Source: Eubacteriales bacterium (GTDB taxonomy: Bacteria; Bacillota; Clostridia; Oscillospirales; CAG-272). Taken from it: DNA of 64,000 nucleotides. The stretch's first letter is position 1. Each line of letters opens with the position of its first letter. The notes beneath the pieces are model-generated. The model saw only the letters and a list, made by a program, of their open reading frames with translations, did not search any database and was not told the DNA's origin. Positions 43,510 through 52,913 of the stretch are shown here, piece after piece. The DNA is taken from the NCBI GenBank assembly GCA_045588085.1, contig JAZNDN010000081.1:1542-65541 (forward strand), given 5' to 3'. Both the position numbers and the translations under genes were made by a program.

Positions 43510-43593
43510 CAAAGGAAAATCAGCACCCAAACGCTTTTCACATTAACCAATTTATTCAATGAATACCGTTTCAAATAAGGAGGCATCGGTTTT

Positions 43594-44028
43594 ATGGAAA
43601 TTGCCATCATCGCAGATGACAACAAGAAAGAACTTATGGCACAATTCTGTATTGCGTTTTGCGGAATATTAAGCCGTCACCACCTATGCGCAACGCATAC
43701 CACCGGCAAATTCATCTCTGATGCTACCGGACTTGAGATAGAAACTTACCTAATAGGAAATTCCGGCGGAATGGAGCAGATAGCTTCAAGAATATCCTTC
43801 AACGAAATCGACGCGGTATTTTATTTCAGAAGCACCGATCCGTCCAAGGAAATTCACGACTACGAGAATACGCTTCTTCGCCTTTGCGACGTTTACAACA
43901 TTCCTTTGGCTACAAATATCGCTTCTGCCGAGGTTCTCGTTAACGCAATCGAGAACGGAAGCCTTAACTGGCGTGAATTCATAAACCCCAGAAGCAAATA
44001 CAACGTTCAGAAGAGAATGAAGAATTGA
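43594..44028 (+). CDS. Methylglyoxal synthase-like domain protein (catalytic motifs degenerate)
   Basis: 144 aa. The alignment with MgsA runs IAIIADDNKK...CATHTTG...GGMEQ...IHDYEN...NIPLATN against MgsA AHDHCK...ATGTTG...GGDQQ...PHDPDV...NIPVATN. Confidence 0.65.
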   Translation: MEIAIIADDNKKELMAQFCIAFCGILSRHHLCATHTTGKFISDATGLEIETYLIGNSGGMEQIASRISFNEIDAVFYFRSTDPSKEIHDYENTLLRLCDVYNIPLATNIASAEVLVNAIENGSLNWREFINPRSKYNVQKRMKN

Positions 44029-44063
44029 CAAGCTTCGCCACGTGCGAGGAGTATAATACAAGG

Positions 44064-44107
44064 GGCTGTCTTTTATCTTTTACAGGACAGCCTGTTGTTT
44101 TGTTTTT
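44064..44107 (+). terminator. Intrinsic terminator after the MGS-like gene
   Basis: The stem is GGCTGTC / GACAGCC, followed by TGTTGTTTTGTTTTT. Confidence 0.6.
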
Positions 44108-44121
44108 GAAAGAGGTGTCGT

Positions 44122-44559
44122 ATGGCGGATTTTTGCAAGGTCAGACTTAATATTTCTTCGTCGCTGTGCGACCTTGACGCAGCGGGTGTTCCCGACGGTG
44201 AGGGAGAAAGTACGTCCACCAATGCCGACGGTAGCATGTCTAAGCAAAAAGACGGCTCACTCACAGTTTCATACGAGGAAGAGAGCGAGAGCGGAAAAAT
44301 CCTTTCCGATATAAAAATTACCGACAGTAAAATTACCGTCCGCAGAAGAGGTGCCATTGAATCTACCATGGTCTTTGAGGAGGGTGTAATCCATAGATCC
44401 CTGTATACTCTGCCCCCATATTCCATGGATATGCAGATATACACGAAGCGGATACGGCGCAACATGCGCTTTGGCGGCGGGGAGCTTACCTTGATTTACG
44501 AAATGAAAATCGGTGGGACTACGCGTTCGTGCACTATGAAAATCACAGCAGGACAATAA
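44122..44559 (+). CDS. DUF1934 (YwiB-like) beta-barrel protein
   Basis: 145 aa. The pattern ITDSKITVRRRG...MVFEEG......Y.....M.MQIYT.......GGELTLIYEM is typical of DUF1934. Confidence 0.6.
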   Translation: MADFCKVRLNISSSLCDLDAAGVPDGEGESTSTNADGSMSKQKDGSLTVSYEEESESGKILSDIKITDSKITVRRRGAIESTMVFEEGVIHRSLYTLPPYSMDMQIYTKRIRRNMRFGGGELTLIYEMKIGGTTRSCTMKITAGQ

Positions 44560-44620
44560 GAAATTTCTCCTGCACCAATCGCATTTTTGATTTTTTCGCA
44601 GTAAGAGGGAGGAAGCTGAT

Positions 44621-45649
44621 TTGACAGTCGCGGAACTGAAAAACAAAATAAAGTCGGACTCCGTCGGCGGAGCCTATATCTTCTGCGGCGAAGAGGATTA
44701 CCTTAAAAAATATTACCTTGAACAAATCTCGGGTGTTGCCTGCCCCGACGAAAGCTTTGCTATTTTCAACCGCATAAGCTTTGACGGAGAGGAAATTGAT
44801 TTTGCCGCCGTTGAAGAGGCAATAAAGTCACCGCCCATGTTTTCTGATTACAAGCTCATCGAATGGAAATACGCGGACCTTGAGCACCTTTCCGAGCGTG
44901 AACGTGAAAAGCTGTTGAGCATTGCCGAGCTCACCTCGGACTATCCTTACGCTACCGTCGTCTTCCTGACGTCGCAGAGCGGATTCAATCCCGGAACGGT
45001 GAAGCGCCCATCGAAGCTTGCCGCAAAGCTTTCATCGAAATTCAATCTTGTAAACTTTGAAAAATGCACAGACAGTCAGCTTGTAGGTTGGCTCGGAAGG
45101 CATTTTGCCTCGCATGGAATCACAGCCGATAATAATACCCTTTCTGCTCTGGTTTTCAGGTCGGGTCACTCAATGCAAACCCTCTCCGGTGAGGTTGAGA
45201 AGCTTTGCGCCTACGCCAAAGCTAACGGCATGAGCGCCGTCACGGCAAGCGAGGTTCATCAGATTGCCTCGGCAACCCTCGAATGCGATGCCTTTGCGCT
45301 TTCGGGTGCAATAACCGACAAAAACCGCGCCTCAGCATTCCTTGCATTGCAGGACCTCAAGGGTCGCAGAATAGACGCGAATGCAATTTTAGCGATGCTT
45401 GGCAGAGCGTTTGGCGAGCTTGTTACGGTTTCTATGCTTCTTGACGACGGTCTTGGACTTTCGGATATTGAGTCGGTGCTTAAATGGAATCCTTATAAAA
45501 TAAAAATATGCATTGCCTCGGCTAAGCGCTGGGGAACCGAGAAGCTCTCGCGTGCAACCGCGCGCCTGCGCGAGCTGGACTCCGCTTCTAAATCCGGCGG
45601 AATCAGCGGTCTTTCGCCAATCGAAATATTCGTTGCCGAATATCTTTAA
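44621..45649 (+). CDS. holA: DNA polymerase III delta subunit
   Basis: 342 aa with a TTG start and GAGGGAGG upstream. The N-terminus reads YIFCGEEDYLKKYY, and the overall pattern fits HolA. Confidence 0.8.
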   Translation: MTVAELKNKIKSDSVGGAYIFCGEEDYLKKYYLEQISGVACPDESFAIFNRISFDGEEIDFAAVEEAIKSPPMFSDYKLIEWKYADLEHLSEREREKLLSIAELTSDYPYATVVFLTSQSGFNPGTVKRPSKLAAKLSSKFNLVNFEKCTDSQLVGWLGRHFASHGITADNNTLSALVFRSGHSMQTLSGEVEKLCAYAKANGMSAVTASEVHQIASATLECDAFALSGAITDKNRASAFLALQDLKGRRIDANAILAMLGRAFGELVTVSMLLDDGLGLSDIESVLKWNPYKIKICIASAKRWGTEKLSRATARLRELDSASKSGGISGLSPIEIFVAEYL

Positions 45650-45683
45650 AGGAAAGGTCCCGATGAGTCGGGAGGTATATACA

Positions 45684-46337
45684 ATGAAAAAAGTCGTATC
45701 CATGATTTTAGCAATAGCGCTTCTTGCGATTTGCGCGTTTTCACTTACGTCATGCTCCGGAGGTTCCTGCGAATATTTCGGCACAAGAGATACCGAGGGC
45801 AGAAAACTCCGCTATGCAAAAATAACCTTTGAAGATTACGGTGAGGTTTATCTGCTCTTAGACGAAACGACGGCACCGATTACGGTCCATAATTTTCTCC
45901 GTCTTGCAAATGATGATTTTTACGACGGGCTTACAATGCACAGAATAATTTCGGATTTCATGATTCAGGGCGGCGACCCTAATGGCGATGGAACAGGCGG
46001 CTCGGGAATTGAAATTATTGGAGAATTCTCGGAAAACCATTATGAAAAAAATGACCTTAAGCACCTGCGCGGCGTAATTTCGATGGCAAGAGGCGAGGGT
46101 AAAAACTCCGCATCATCGCAGTTCTTTATCTGCACGGCAGATCGCCCCGACCTTGACGGTGAATACGCGGCATTTGGATACGTTATTGCGGGAATGAACG
46201 TCGTTGATAAGATTTCCGACACGACGGTGGTATATGCCGTCGGCAATAACGGAGCAATCCCGGACGCATCGAAAAGAGCAGTTATTGCTTCGGTAGACGA
46301 AATCACCGAGGAAGAGGCTCTCAGAGCGGCACGTTAA
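45684..46337 (+). CDS. Cyclophilin-type peptidyl-prolyl cis-trans isomerase, lipoprotein
   Basis: I moved the start to ATG 45684 (MKKVVSMILAIALLAICAFSLTSC, with GGGAGG upstream). The ORF-track extension overlaps holA. The cyclophilin signature reads HRIISDFMIQGGDP. Confidence 0.85.
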   Translation: MKKVVSMILAIALLAICAFSLTSCSGGSCEYFGTRDTEGRKLRYAKITFEDYGEVYLLLDETTAPITVHNFLRLANDDFYDGLTMHRIISDFMIQGGDPNGDGTGGSGIEIIGEFSENHYEKNDLKHLRGVISMARGEGKNSASSQFFICTADRPDLDGEYAAFGYVIAGMNVVDKISDTTVVYAVGNNGAIPDASKRAVIASVDEITEEEALRAAR

Positions 46338-46418
46338 CCACAAAGTAAAGGCAACATTAGTTTACATTTTCTGTGCATTATACGAAAATTCAAATCAAGT
46401 TATTGGAGATTTATAGAA

Positions 46419-47426
46419 ATGAACAAGCTTACAGTTCCCAAGGGTTATGCACCGAGGCTTGACGTTTACAGAACGCAGAAGGCAATAGCATTTATCAAAA
46501 GAACATTCCAGGACAGACTCGCGGAAGCACTTAATTTGAAGCGCGTTTCGGCACCTCTTTTCGTTGCGGAGGACTCGGGGCTCAACGATAACCTCAACGG
46601 CTTTGAGCGTCCTGTCAGCTTCGATATCCCCGCGGTTTCAAAATGCGCACAGGTGGTTCACTCTCTTGCGAAATGGAAGAGGCTTGCGCTTAAGGAATAT
46701 CATTTCTTCGTAGGCAACGGCTTATATACCGACATGAACGCTATAAGACGTGACGAGGAGCTTGACAATATCCACTCAATATACGTAGACCAGTGGGACT
46801 GGGAAAAGGTTATAACCCGTGAGAATCGCACGCTGGAATATCTTTGCGACACAGTCAGAAAGATAGTTTCGGTAATATGCGACACCAACGACCTTTTGCA
46901 TATAGATTTTCCCGAGCTTTGCGGAGAGCTTTGCCGCGAGGTAAAGTTTATCACCTCGGAGGAGCTTCTCAGGCTTTACCCGGACCTTAGCGCAAAGGAG
47001 CGCGAATACAAGATAGTCAAGGAATACAAAACCGTATTTATAATAGGAATAGGCGGCAAGCTGTCAAACGGTGAGCGGCACGACGGAAGAGCTCCCGACT
47101 ACGATGATTGGCAGCTAAACGGTGATATATTGCTTTACAATGAAACTCTGGACTGCGCCTTCGAAATTTCGTCTATGGGAATAAGAGTTGACGAAGAAAG
47201 CCTTGCCCGTCAGCTTAAGATTTCGGGTTGCGAGGACCGTGCCTCCCTGCCATTCCACAAAATGCTTCTGGCAGGAGAGCTTCCGCTTACAATAGGCGGA
47301 GGAATCGGTCAGTCAAGGCTTTGCATGCTGATGATGGGCTGCGCACACATAGGAGAGGTTCAGTCTTCCATATGGGACAGCGAAACTGTCGAAAAATGCA
47401 AGGCGGCGGGTATTCGTCTGCTTTAA
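46419..47426 (+). CDS. asnA: Aspartate--ammonia ligase (asparagine synthetase A)
   Basis: 335 aa. [32 protein letters not shown] and the class II aaRS-like core ([11 protein letters not shown]) support the call. Confidence 0.85.
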   Translation: MNKLTVPKGYAPRLDVYRTQKAIAFIKRTFQDRLAEALNLKRVSAPLFVAEDSGLNDNLNGFERPVSFDIPAVSKCAQVVHSLAKWKRLALKEYHFFVGNGLYTDMNAIRRDEELDNIHSIYVDQWDWEKVITRENRTLEYLCDTVRKIVSVICDTNDLLHIDFPELCGELCREVKFITSEELLRLYPDLSAKEREYKIVKEYKTVFIIGIGGKLSNGERHDGRAPDYDDWQLNGDILLYNETLDCAFEISSMGIRVDEESLARQLKISGCEDRASLPFHKMLLAGELPLTIGGGIGQSRLCMLMMGCAHIGEVQSSIWDSETVEKCKAAGIRLL

Positions 47427-47427
47427 C

Positions 47428-47466
47428 AAAAAAGCCTCGGTTTTCATTTAAACCGAGGCTTTTTAT
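47428..47466. terminator. Bidirectional terminator between asnA (+) and the GT2 gene (-)
   Basis: The stem is AAAGCCTCGGTT / AACCGAGGCTTT, flanked by A and T runs. Confidence 0.75.
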
Positions 47467-47537
47467 TCTCAATTTACCGATATTATTTCGGAAAATTCAA
47501 TTCTCCTAATTATACCGACAGTCTTTTCTTTGAAAAT

Positions 47538-48842
47538 TCAGTTTTCGTTTCCCGTCGCATCGGCTTTGCCGTCGGCAGATGCTGTTCCCGTTTGCTGAAG
47601 AATCTCTGCCTCCACACCGCTTACGGCGGTGTGCGCGATAGGCTTCCATTCAACCTTTTTGAATATAGCTACAAAGCATAACGGAATAAAGGACATTACA
47701 AATATGGGGAAGGTAAACATTGAAAGTATCCGCTTTGCCGGGTGGGCATGTATATATTTCCACTCAGTTATAACGGTTACTATACTTTGAAGAAGCAATA
47801 CAGAATAAGCTGCCAGAAGCATCTTCGCAATTCCCCAAATCACCGCACCCACGTGATAACCTACGGCTATCTGCCATATCGCACCCACGGTATTTACCAC
47901 AACAGCGAACATTGAAATAACGTACGCCGGTGCAAAGCTCATAAACATATCGTAGGAAGCTACGAAATTCTTTGAGAAAATCCCTTTTATAAGCTGCTTC
48001 CAATACAGCAAGAAGCCCTGAAGACCGCCCTTGGTCCAGCGCAGTCGCTGACGCCATGACTGACGGAATCCGGGAACCTGCTCGTCATAGAAATGAGCGG
48101 TTTCGCAATGACCGAATTTAATTCCCTTTGCAACACTATGACAAGTAAACTCGTAATCCTCCGTCAACGTGTGGAACGGCCACCCGCCATTTTCCTTTTT
48201 GATTTTGTTTGAAAAGAGGAATCCCGTTCCGGATACCTGAGGGCAGGCGCCTATACGCATTCTGGAACCGTTGAGGTACTTTGCCTCGCGCAAATACCAT
48301 ACAGCACAGCTTCCTGCAATCCAGCTTTCTCCAAAATTCTTGGTGTTACGATAAGAGGTAACAACCTCGTATCCGTCGGAGAAGGTTTTATTTATTTCAG
48401 TAAGATAATTTTTAGTCAAAATATTGTCGGCATCGAATACCACGAATGCATCGAATGCATCCTCGCCGTAATCGACTGCAAGCTTTTTAAGCACGTAATC
48501 AAGCGCATAGCCCTTGCCTATATTCTCCATGTCGTGTCTTTCGTAAACCACGGCACCGTGCTCGGCACCTACCCGTGCGGTATCATCCGTGCAATTATCG
48601 GCAACCAGCACCACGGTAACAAGCTCAGATGGGTAATCCTGCGCCTTTATGCTGTCAATTAGCGTACCTATAACGTTTTCTTCATTTCTGGCGGATATAA
48701 GAACCGCATATTTGTGAAGCTTCGTTTCCTTATGAGGAGGAAGTTTTTTTACAAACGGTATAAGAAGGTATGCAAACTGGAAAGCATAACACATAAGAAA
48801 CAAAATGCAAATGACAAAATTTATAATATCAAGCGCGTTCAT
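47538..48842 (-). CDS. Membrane-embedded family 2 glycosyltransferase (processive synthase type)
   Basis: 434 aa. YAVLISARNEE, VFDADN and the QRLRWTKG (QxxRW) motif support the call. TM segments flank the catalytic domain. Confidence 0.75.
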   Translation of the reverse strand: MNALDIINFVICILFLMCYAFQFAYLLIPFVKKLPPHKETKLHKYAVLISARNEENVIGTLIDSIKAQDYPSELVTVVLVADNCTDDTARVGAEHGAVVYERHDMENIGKGYALDYVLKKLAVDYGEDAFDAFVVFDADNILTKNYLTEINKTFSDGYEVVTSYRNTKNFGESWIAGSCAVWYLREAKYLNGSRMRIGACPQVSGTGFLFSNKIKKENGGWPFHTLTEDYEFTCHSVAKGIKFGHCETAHFYDEQVPGFRQSWRQRLRWTKGGLQGFLLYWKQLIKGIFSKNFVASYDMFMSFAPAYVISMFAVVVNTVGAIWQIAVGYHVGAVIWGIAKMLLAAYSVLLLQSIVTVITEWKYIHAHPAKRILSMFTFPIFVMSFIPLCFVAIFKKVEWKPIAHTAVSGVEAEILQQTGTASADGKADATGNEN

Positions 48843-49005
48843 CCGTTTACTCCTTTCCGAGCATCTCTAAAGTAAAGCATATCTACATTTTACAATATAT
48901 TTACTCTTTTTTAAAGTACTTTTCGAAAAATTAATAATTTTTAATAAGAAGAATCGTGACGCAGATGTTTTTTTGACGCATACCCCAGTTTTTTCAAATA
49001 AGCAC

Positions 49006-49034
49006 TTGAAAATAAAATAAAAATAATGTATAAT
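49006..49034 (+). promoter_or_regulatory. Promoter for the 139-aa gene
   Basis: TTGAAA (49006..49011), 17 nt, then TATAAT (49029..49034). Confidence 0.5.
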
Positions 49035-49097
49035 AGTTGAAAGTGAAATCAAGCGTAATACAACGGCAATCACATACGAAAGGCAGGTGCCGAATAA

Positions 49098-49517
49098 ATG
49101 AGCAAGAAAATAAACGAGACCTTTCTCAAGCTTTATCTTGAGCTTGACAAGGCGTGCTGCGATAAGTTCGGTATATCAACCGGCGGAGTAACCGAGTACA
49201 TTAACCGTCTGTCAACCACTCGCTTCGCTCCGAACAGAGATGAGGTTCTCCCCCACCTTGTAAAATACAGAAATACGAGAAATATATTCACTCACGAGGC
49301 AAGCGCAATAAGAAAAAGCAATGAGCTTACCGGAGTTGATATAAAATGGATAAAGCGGTTCAGCCGCGATTTGAGCAGAAAGAAGGACCCCCTGTCAGCA
49401 TACCTCAAGAAAGCACGCAGATACGCGCGAAATAAGCGAATCAAGCGTTATCTTATCGGCGGTGCGGTTGTGGTTGCAATCATAATTGGAATTATAATAT
49501 ATTTTCAAATGAAATAG
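49098..49517 (+). CDS. Small C-terminally membrane-anchored protein with an RNxxxH (HEPN-like) motif
   Basis: 139 aa. A helical soluble part carries KYRNTRNIFTHE. A basic stretch follows, then the TM helix LIGGAVVVAIIIGIIIYF. The gene has its own promoter and terminator. Confidence 0.5.
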   Translation: MSKKINETFLKLYLELDKACCDKFGISTGGVTEYINRLSTTRFAPNRDEVLPHLVKYRNTRNIFTHEASAIRKSNELTGVDIKWIKRFSRDLSRKKDPLSAYLKKARRYARNKRIKRYLIGGAVVVAIIIGIIIYFQMK

Positions 49518-49996
49518 CATAAAGGGGCTGCGGCATTTAGGCGCAACCAAAAACAAAATGAGTGTGCCGTACTTCTTATCTCATTCTTTTCTTTATTCAA
49601 CGATTATTCCTCCTTGTATCTTCGTAATGCGTTCGCCAAACCATTACTATTATACTTGGAGGTTTAATTGTTTTCAATTGACTCGCATAAAGCTCGCTGT
49701 TTTTTTATTACTAAAGTCGTTTATCTGCCCCCAGTAAAACTGGGGGTTGTTTTGTTTGACACAAAACAAAATGAGTGAGGCGGATTTTCTTGCCTCACTC
49801 TTGCTTTTGTATAAGTATTGTTTAAAACATAAGGTTGAAAATCCGATTTTGTGCGGATTTTCTTCATTCTTTCGGAATTTTATTTTTATCCAATACTTAA
49901 TGACACAGAACTTTTTTGATTTTTTGGCATCAGCCGCAGCCTGCATAACTAAAGCCTTATAATTCATACACGCCCATGCTTGTCCATATCTGACGG

Positions 49997-52354
49997 TTAC
50001 GCCTCGGCAGATGCACCGGAAGCTGCACGCTTTGCCATAATCGTATCAAAAACGCTCTTACCTATATGAAGAAGAACCGCGCAAACAACACCGATTCCCA
50101 CGACCGTAAAGGCTACTGCCGGATTCTGAGCAAGGGGGATAATATGAAGCATATCTCCTAGGAGGAATGTAGCTATCGGTGCTGCCGCAACGATACATAC
50201 AACGACGATTCCAACAACCACCGCGCGCCATTTAGTGTAAGGACGGCACAGGAACAGAAGATTTATAAATCCTATAAGCGTCACAGCAACGGTTGCAACG
50301 GCACTGCCCACTCCTGCCATCTCAATAATGCGCATCTTGCTGAGAACAAGAACCGTTACCACAGGAATAAGCATTGCTACGGCATTAGGCAGACTTCGCA
50401 TAAGAACCGTTTTTATGAACGAGCCTTCAATACGCTTATTATTCGGCTCTATCGAAAGAGCAAGAGATGCAAGACCTATTACGAACAACTCAAGGAACAT
50501 AAGCTGTGAGGGCTCAAACGGATAACCTACGCTGAGGATTACCGCAAGAAGCGAAAGCGCTATTGTAAATATAGTTTTCATAAGGAACAAAGTCGCCGAA
50601 ACGCGAACGTTGTTTATGCAGCGTCTTCCCTCTCGGACAACGTCCGGCAGAGTTCCGAAATCAGACTTCATAAGTACGATTTTCGCTACACGCCTTGCCA
50701 CTTCGCTTCCGTCTGCCATTGCTATCGAGCAATCGCTTTCCTTAAGAGCAAGAGTGTCGTTAACACCGTCACCCGTCATGGCAACGGTATGTCCCGCAGC
50801 CTTAAAGGTTTTAACGAGAAGAACCTTTTGCTCGGGTGTTACCCTGCCGAATACGGTATACTCGTTAGCAACTCTTTCAAGCTCCTCGTCGCTGAGCTTA
50901 TCGCAGGAGAGGAATTTCTCGGCACCGATTATTCCAACACGCCTTGCAATAGTCGAAACCGTTTGCGCATGGTCACCGGATATAACCTTTACCGCAACAC
51001 CGGCTTCCTGGAACTTAGCTATGGTTTCCTTTGCGTTAGGTCTTATCCTATCCGAAAGGGCAATCATTGCAACGGCTTCGCCCTCGTCCTCAAATGATTT
51101 CTGTCTGACAAGAAGAAGCACTCTTTCACCGTTTTCTGCGCGTTGGGTTATCTTTTCCTCAAGCGCCTCGCTGACAGGACAGCTAACGAAATGAGGCGCA
51201 CCTATCTGGAAGCAACCGAGCCCCTCAATATTTACTGCAGAGTATTTTCTCTCGGAGGAGAAAGGAATCTTATCAATTATATTCGCCTCGGTATTTACAC
51301 CGAATTTCTCAATAAGTGCACGCGAGGTATTGTTAATGCTCTTCTCGGAACCCTCAATAATTGCCATAACCGAGCATATTCCGTCCTCAGACAAATCCGA
51401 AAGAGGCTCAACACAGGTTATCTGCATCGTTCCGTCGGTTATCGTTCCTGTCTTGTCAAGGCACACCACGTCCGCAGATGCGAGCATTTCGATGCTATAC
51501 ATATCCTGAACGAGAGTATCCTTTTTACCAAGAGTGATAACGCTCAGTGTCAGGGTAAGGGTGACAAGCAGATACATACCTGCAGGAATCATACCGATTA
51601 TAGAACCGCTGGTTTTCTCAACGGCACCGGTTATATCGTACCATACGCGGTTGTTAAAGAAAAGTATCACCGCCATGGGAACCATGAATATTCCTATGTA
51701 TTTTATAAGTTTATTCAAATCGCGGAACAGATTGGAATGAGGCGCCTTGAAGCTCTTTGCCGCATTCTCGATTTTATGCACGTAGTTATCCTTACCTACC
51801 GAGGTGACCCTTACGTATATACCGCCGCTGACAAGATAGCTTCCGGCAAGAACGCTGTCGCCCTCCTGCTTTTTTATAGCGTTGGATTCTCCGGTGAGCA
51901 TACTCTCGTTTGCCTCCGCAATGCCGGAAACAACGACACCGTCCGAAAGTATCTGCCTCCCCATCTCGACGTACATAACGTCACCGAGAACGATATCGGA
52001 GGCATCTATCTCCAGACGCGCACCGTCCCTTATAACAGTAGCCTTGGGGTCGGTAGTAACCGAAAGCTTCTCAACCGTGCGCTTCGCTCTTATCTGCTGA
52101 ACGACGGCAATGAGTATATTCGGTATAACGACAGCCAGGAAAGTAAGATTTGATATACTGTTAAACCATATTAGAACTACGGTTATTATGAGGTATACCA
52201 TATTGAAGAAGGTCAAGAGATTGTCCGCTACTATTCTGAAATATCCCTTTCCGCTCTTTTCTGAGGAACGGTTGACCTTTCCCTCAGCGGCAAGCGCTGC
52301 AGCCTCCTCGGAGCTGAGTCCAACGGGAATATCCGTATCTATGAGCTTTTCCAA
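49997..52354 (-). CDS. Cation-translocating P-type ATPase (E1-E2, HAD-IC)
   Basis: 785 aa. The motifs are TGES, the DKTGTIT phosphorylation site, and MTGDGVNDTLALKESD. Confidence 0.85.
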   Translation of the reverse strand: MEKLIDTDIPVGLSSEEAAALAAEGKVNRSSEKSGKGYFRIVADNLLTFFNMVYLIITVVLIWFNSISNLTFLAVVIPNILIAVVQQIRAKRTVEKLSVTTDPKATVIRDGARLEIDASDIVLGDVMYVEMGRQILSDGVVVSGIAEANESMLTGESNAIKKQEGDSVLAGSYLVSGGIYVRVTSVGKDNYVHKIENAAKSFKAPHSNLFRDLNKLIKYIGIFMVPMAVILFFNNRVWYDITGAVEKTSGSIIGMIPAGMYLLVTLTLTLSVITLGKKDTLVQDMYSIEMLASADVVCLDKTGTITDGTMQITCVEPLSDLSEDGICSVMAIIEGSEKSINNTSRALIEKFGVNTEANIIDKIPFSSERKYSAVNIEGLGCFQIGAPHFVSCPVSEALEEKITQRAENGERVLLLVRQKSFEDEGEAVAMIALSDRIRPNAKETIAKFQEAGVAVKVISGDHAQTVSTIARRVGIIGAEKFLSCDKLSDEELERVANEYTVFGRVTPEQKVLLVKTFKAAGHTVAMTGDGVNDTLALKESDCSIAMADGSEVARRVAKIVLMKSDFGTLPDVVREGRRCINNVRVSATLFLMKTIFTIALSLLAVILSVGYPFEPSQLMFLELFVIGLASLALSIEPNNKRIEGSFIKTVLMRSLPNAVAMLIPVVTVLVLSKMRIIEMAGVGSAVATVAVTLIGFINLLFLCRPYTKWRAVVVGIVVVCIVAAAPIATFLLGDMLHIIPLAQNPAVAFTVVGIGVVCAVLLHIGKSVFDTIMAKRAASGASAEA

Positions 52355-52438
52355 AACTATTCACCGCCTAAAATTAATTATTGTTATAATGATAGCACAG
52401 CTATAAGTAATAAGTCAACTCTTTTTTGACAAAAGGGG

Positions 52439-52467
52439 TTGACAATATTTTTTTATTTGTTTATAAT
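52439..52467 (+). promoter_or_regulatory. Consensus sigma-A promoter for the ileS leader
   Basis: TTGACA (52439..52444), 17 nt, then TATAAT (52462..52467). Confidence 0.7.
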
Positions 52468-52535
52468 AAATGTGCTGATTTGCGGGGAACCCCGCTGTGT
52501 CGGTTTTCAATCAAATATCTTCATCATTAAAAGCT

Positions 52536-52807
52536 GTGACAAAGAGAGTAGGTATTCAGGAAAGGTCAAAGCGAGCGTGGGGACGGTGTAAGCCCGCGCA
52601 CCGAGTAGGTATACCGAAAATCACTTTCGAGCTGTCCGTTCGAAATCCCAAAGCGAAAGTTGCCGACGGGTAGTAGGGCGAGAACGTGTGCTTCGCGTGA
52701 AGGGGCGCATATTGTTGGATATGTAATAGTGGTGATATAGTGGCACACGCCCGAGCCTCGTAGGCTATATCCTATTTCTTTCCGTAAGAATAGGATTTTT
52801 TATTTTG
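52536..52807 (+). promoter_or_regulatory. T-box riboswitch leader of ileS, specifier AUC (Ile)
   Basis: Stem I reads GTGACAAAGAGAGTAGG...GGTGTAAG...GAAAATCACTTTCGAG, with AUC at 52620..52622 followed by A. The T-box-like sequence is ATAGTGGCACACGCC. The antiterminator arms are GATATAG / CTATATC. The terminator is ATCCTATT / AATAGGAT plus a T-run (52769..52807). Confidence 0.8.
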
Positions 52808-52913
52808 ATTAACAAAACGCCAACCGCAACGCCCGAAAAACAAAAACGCCAAGCGCCGCCGATAAGCCGTTAGCTCCGCACGGTGCCGTTCTTGGCTACG
52901 AAAGGAACATAAA

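Noticed and set aside
49674-49967. 97-aa minus-strand ORF in the 49.5-50.0 kb spacer.
   Set aside because: It runs through at least three stem-loops, has a lysine- and phenylalanine-rich low-complexity composition, and has no RBS.
52566-52748. 60-aa minus-strand ORF upstream of ileS.
   Set aside because: It lies inside the ileS T-box leader.
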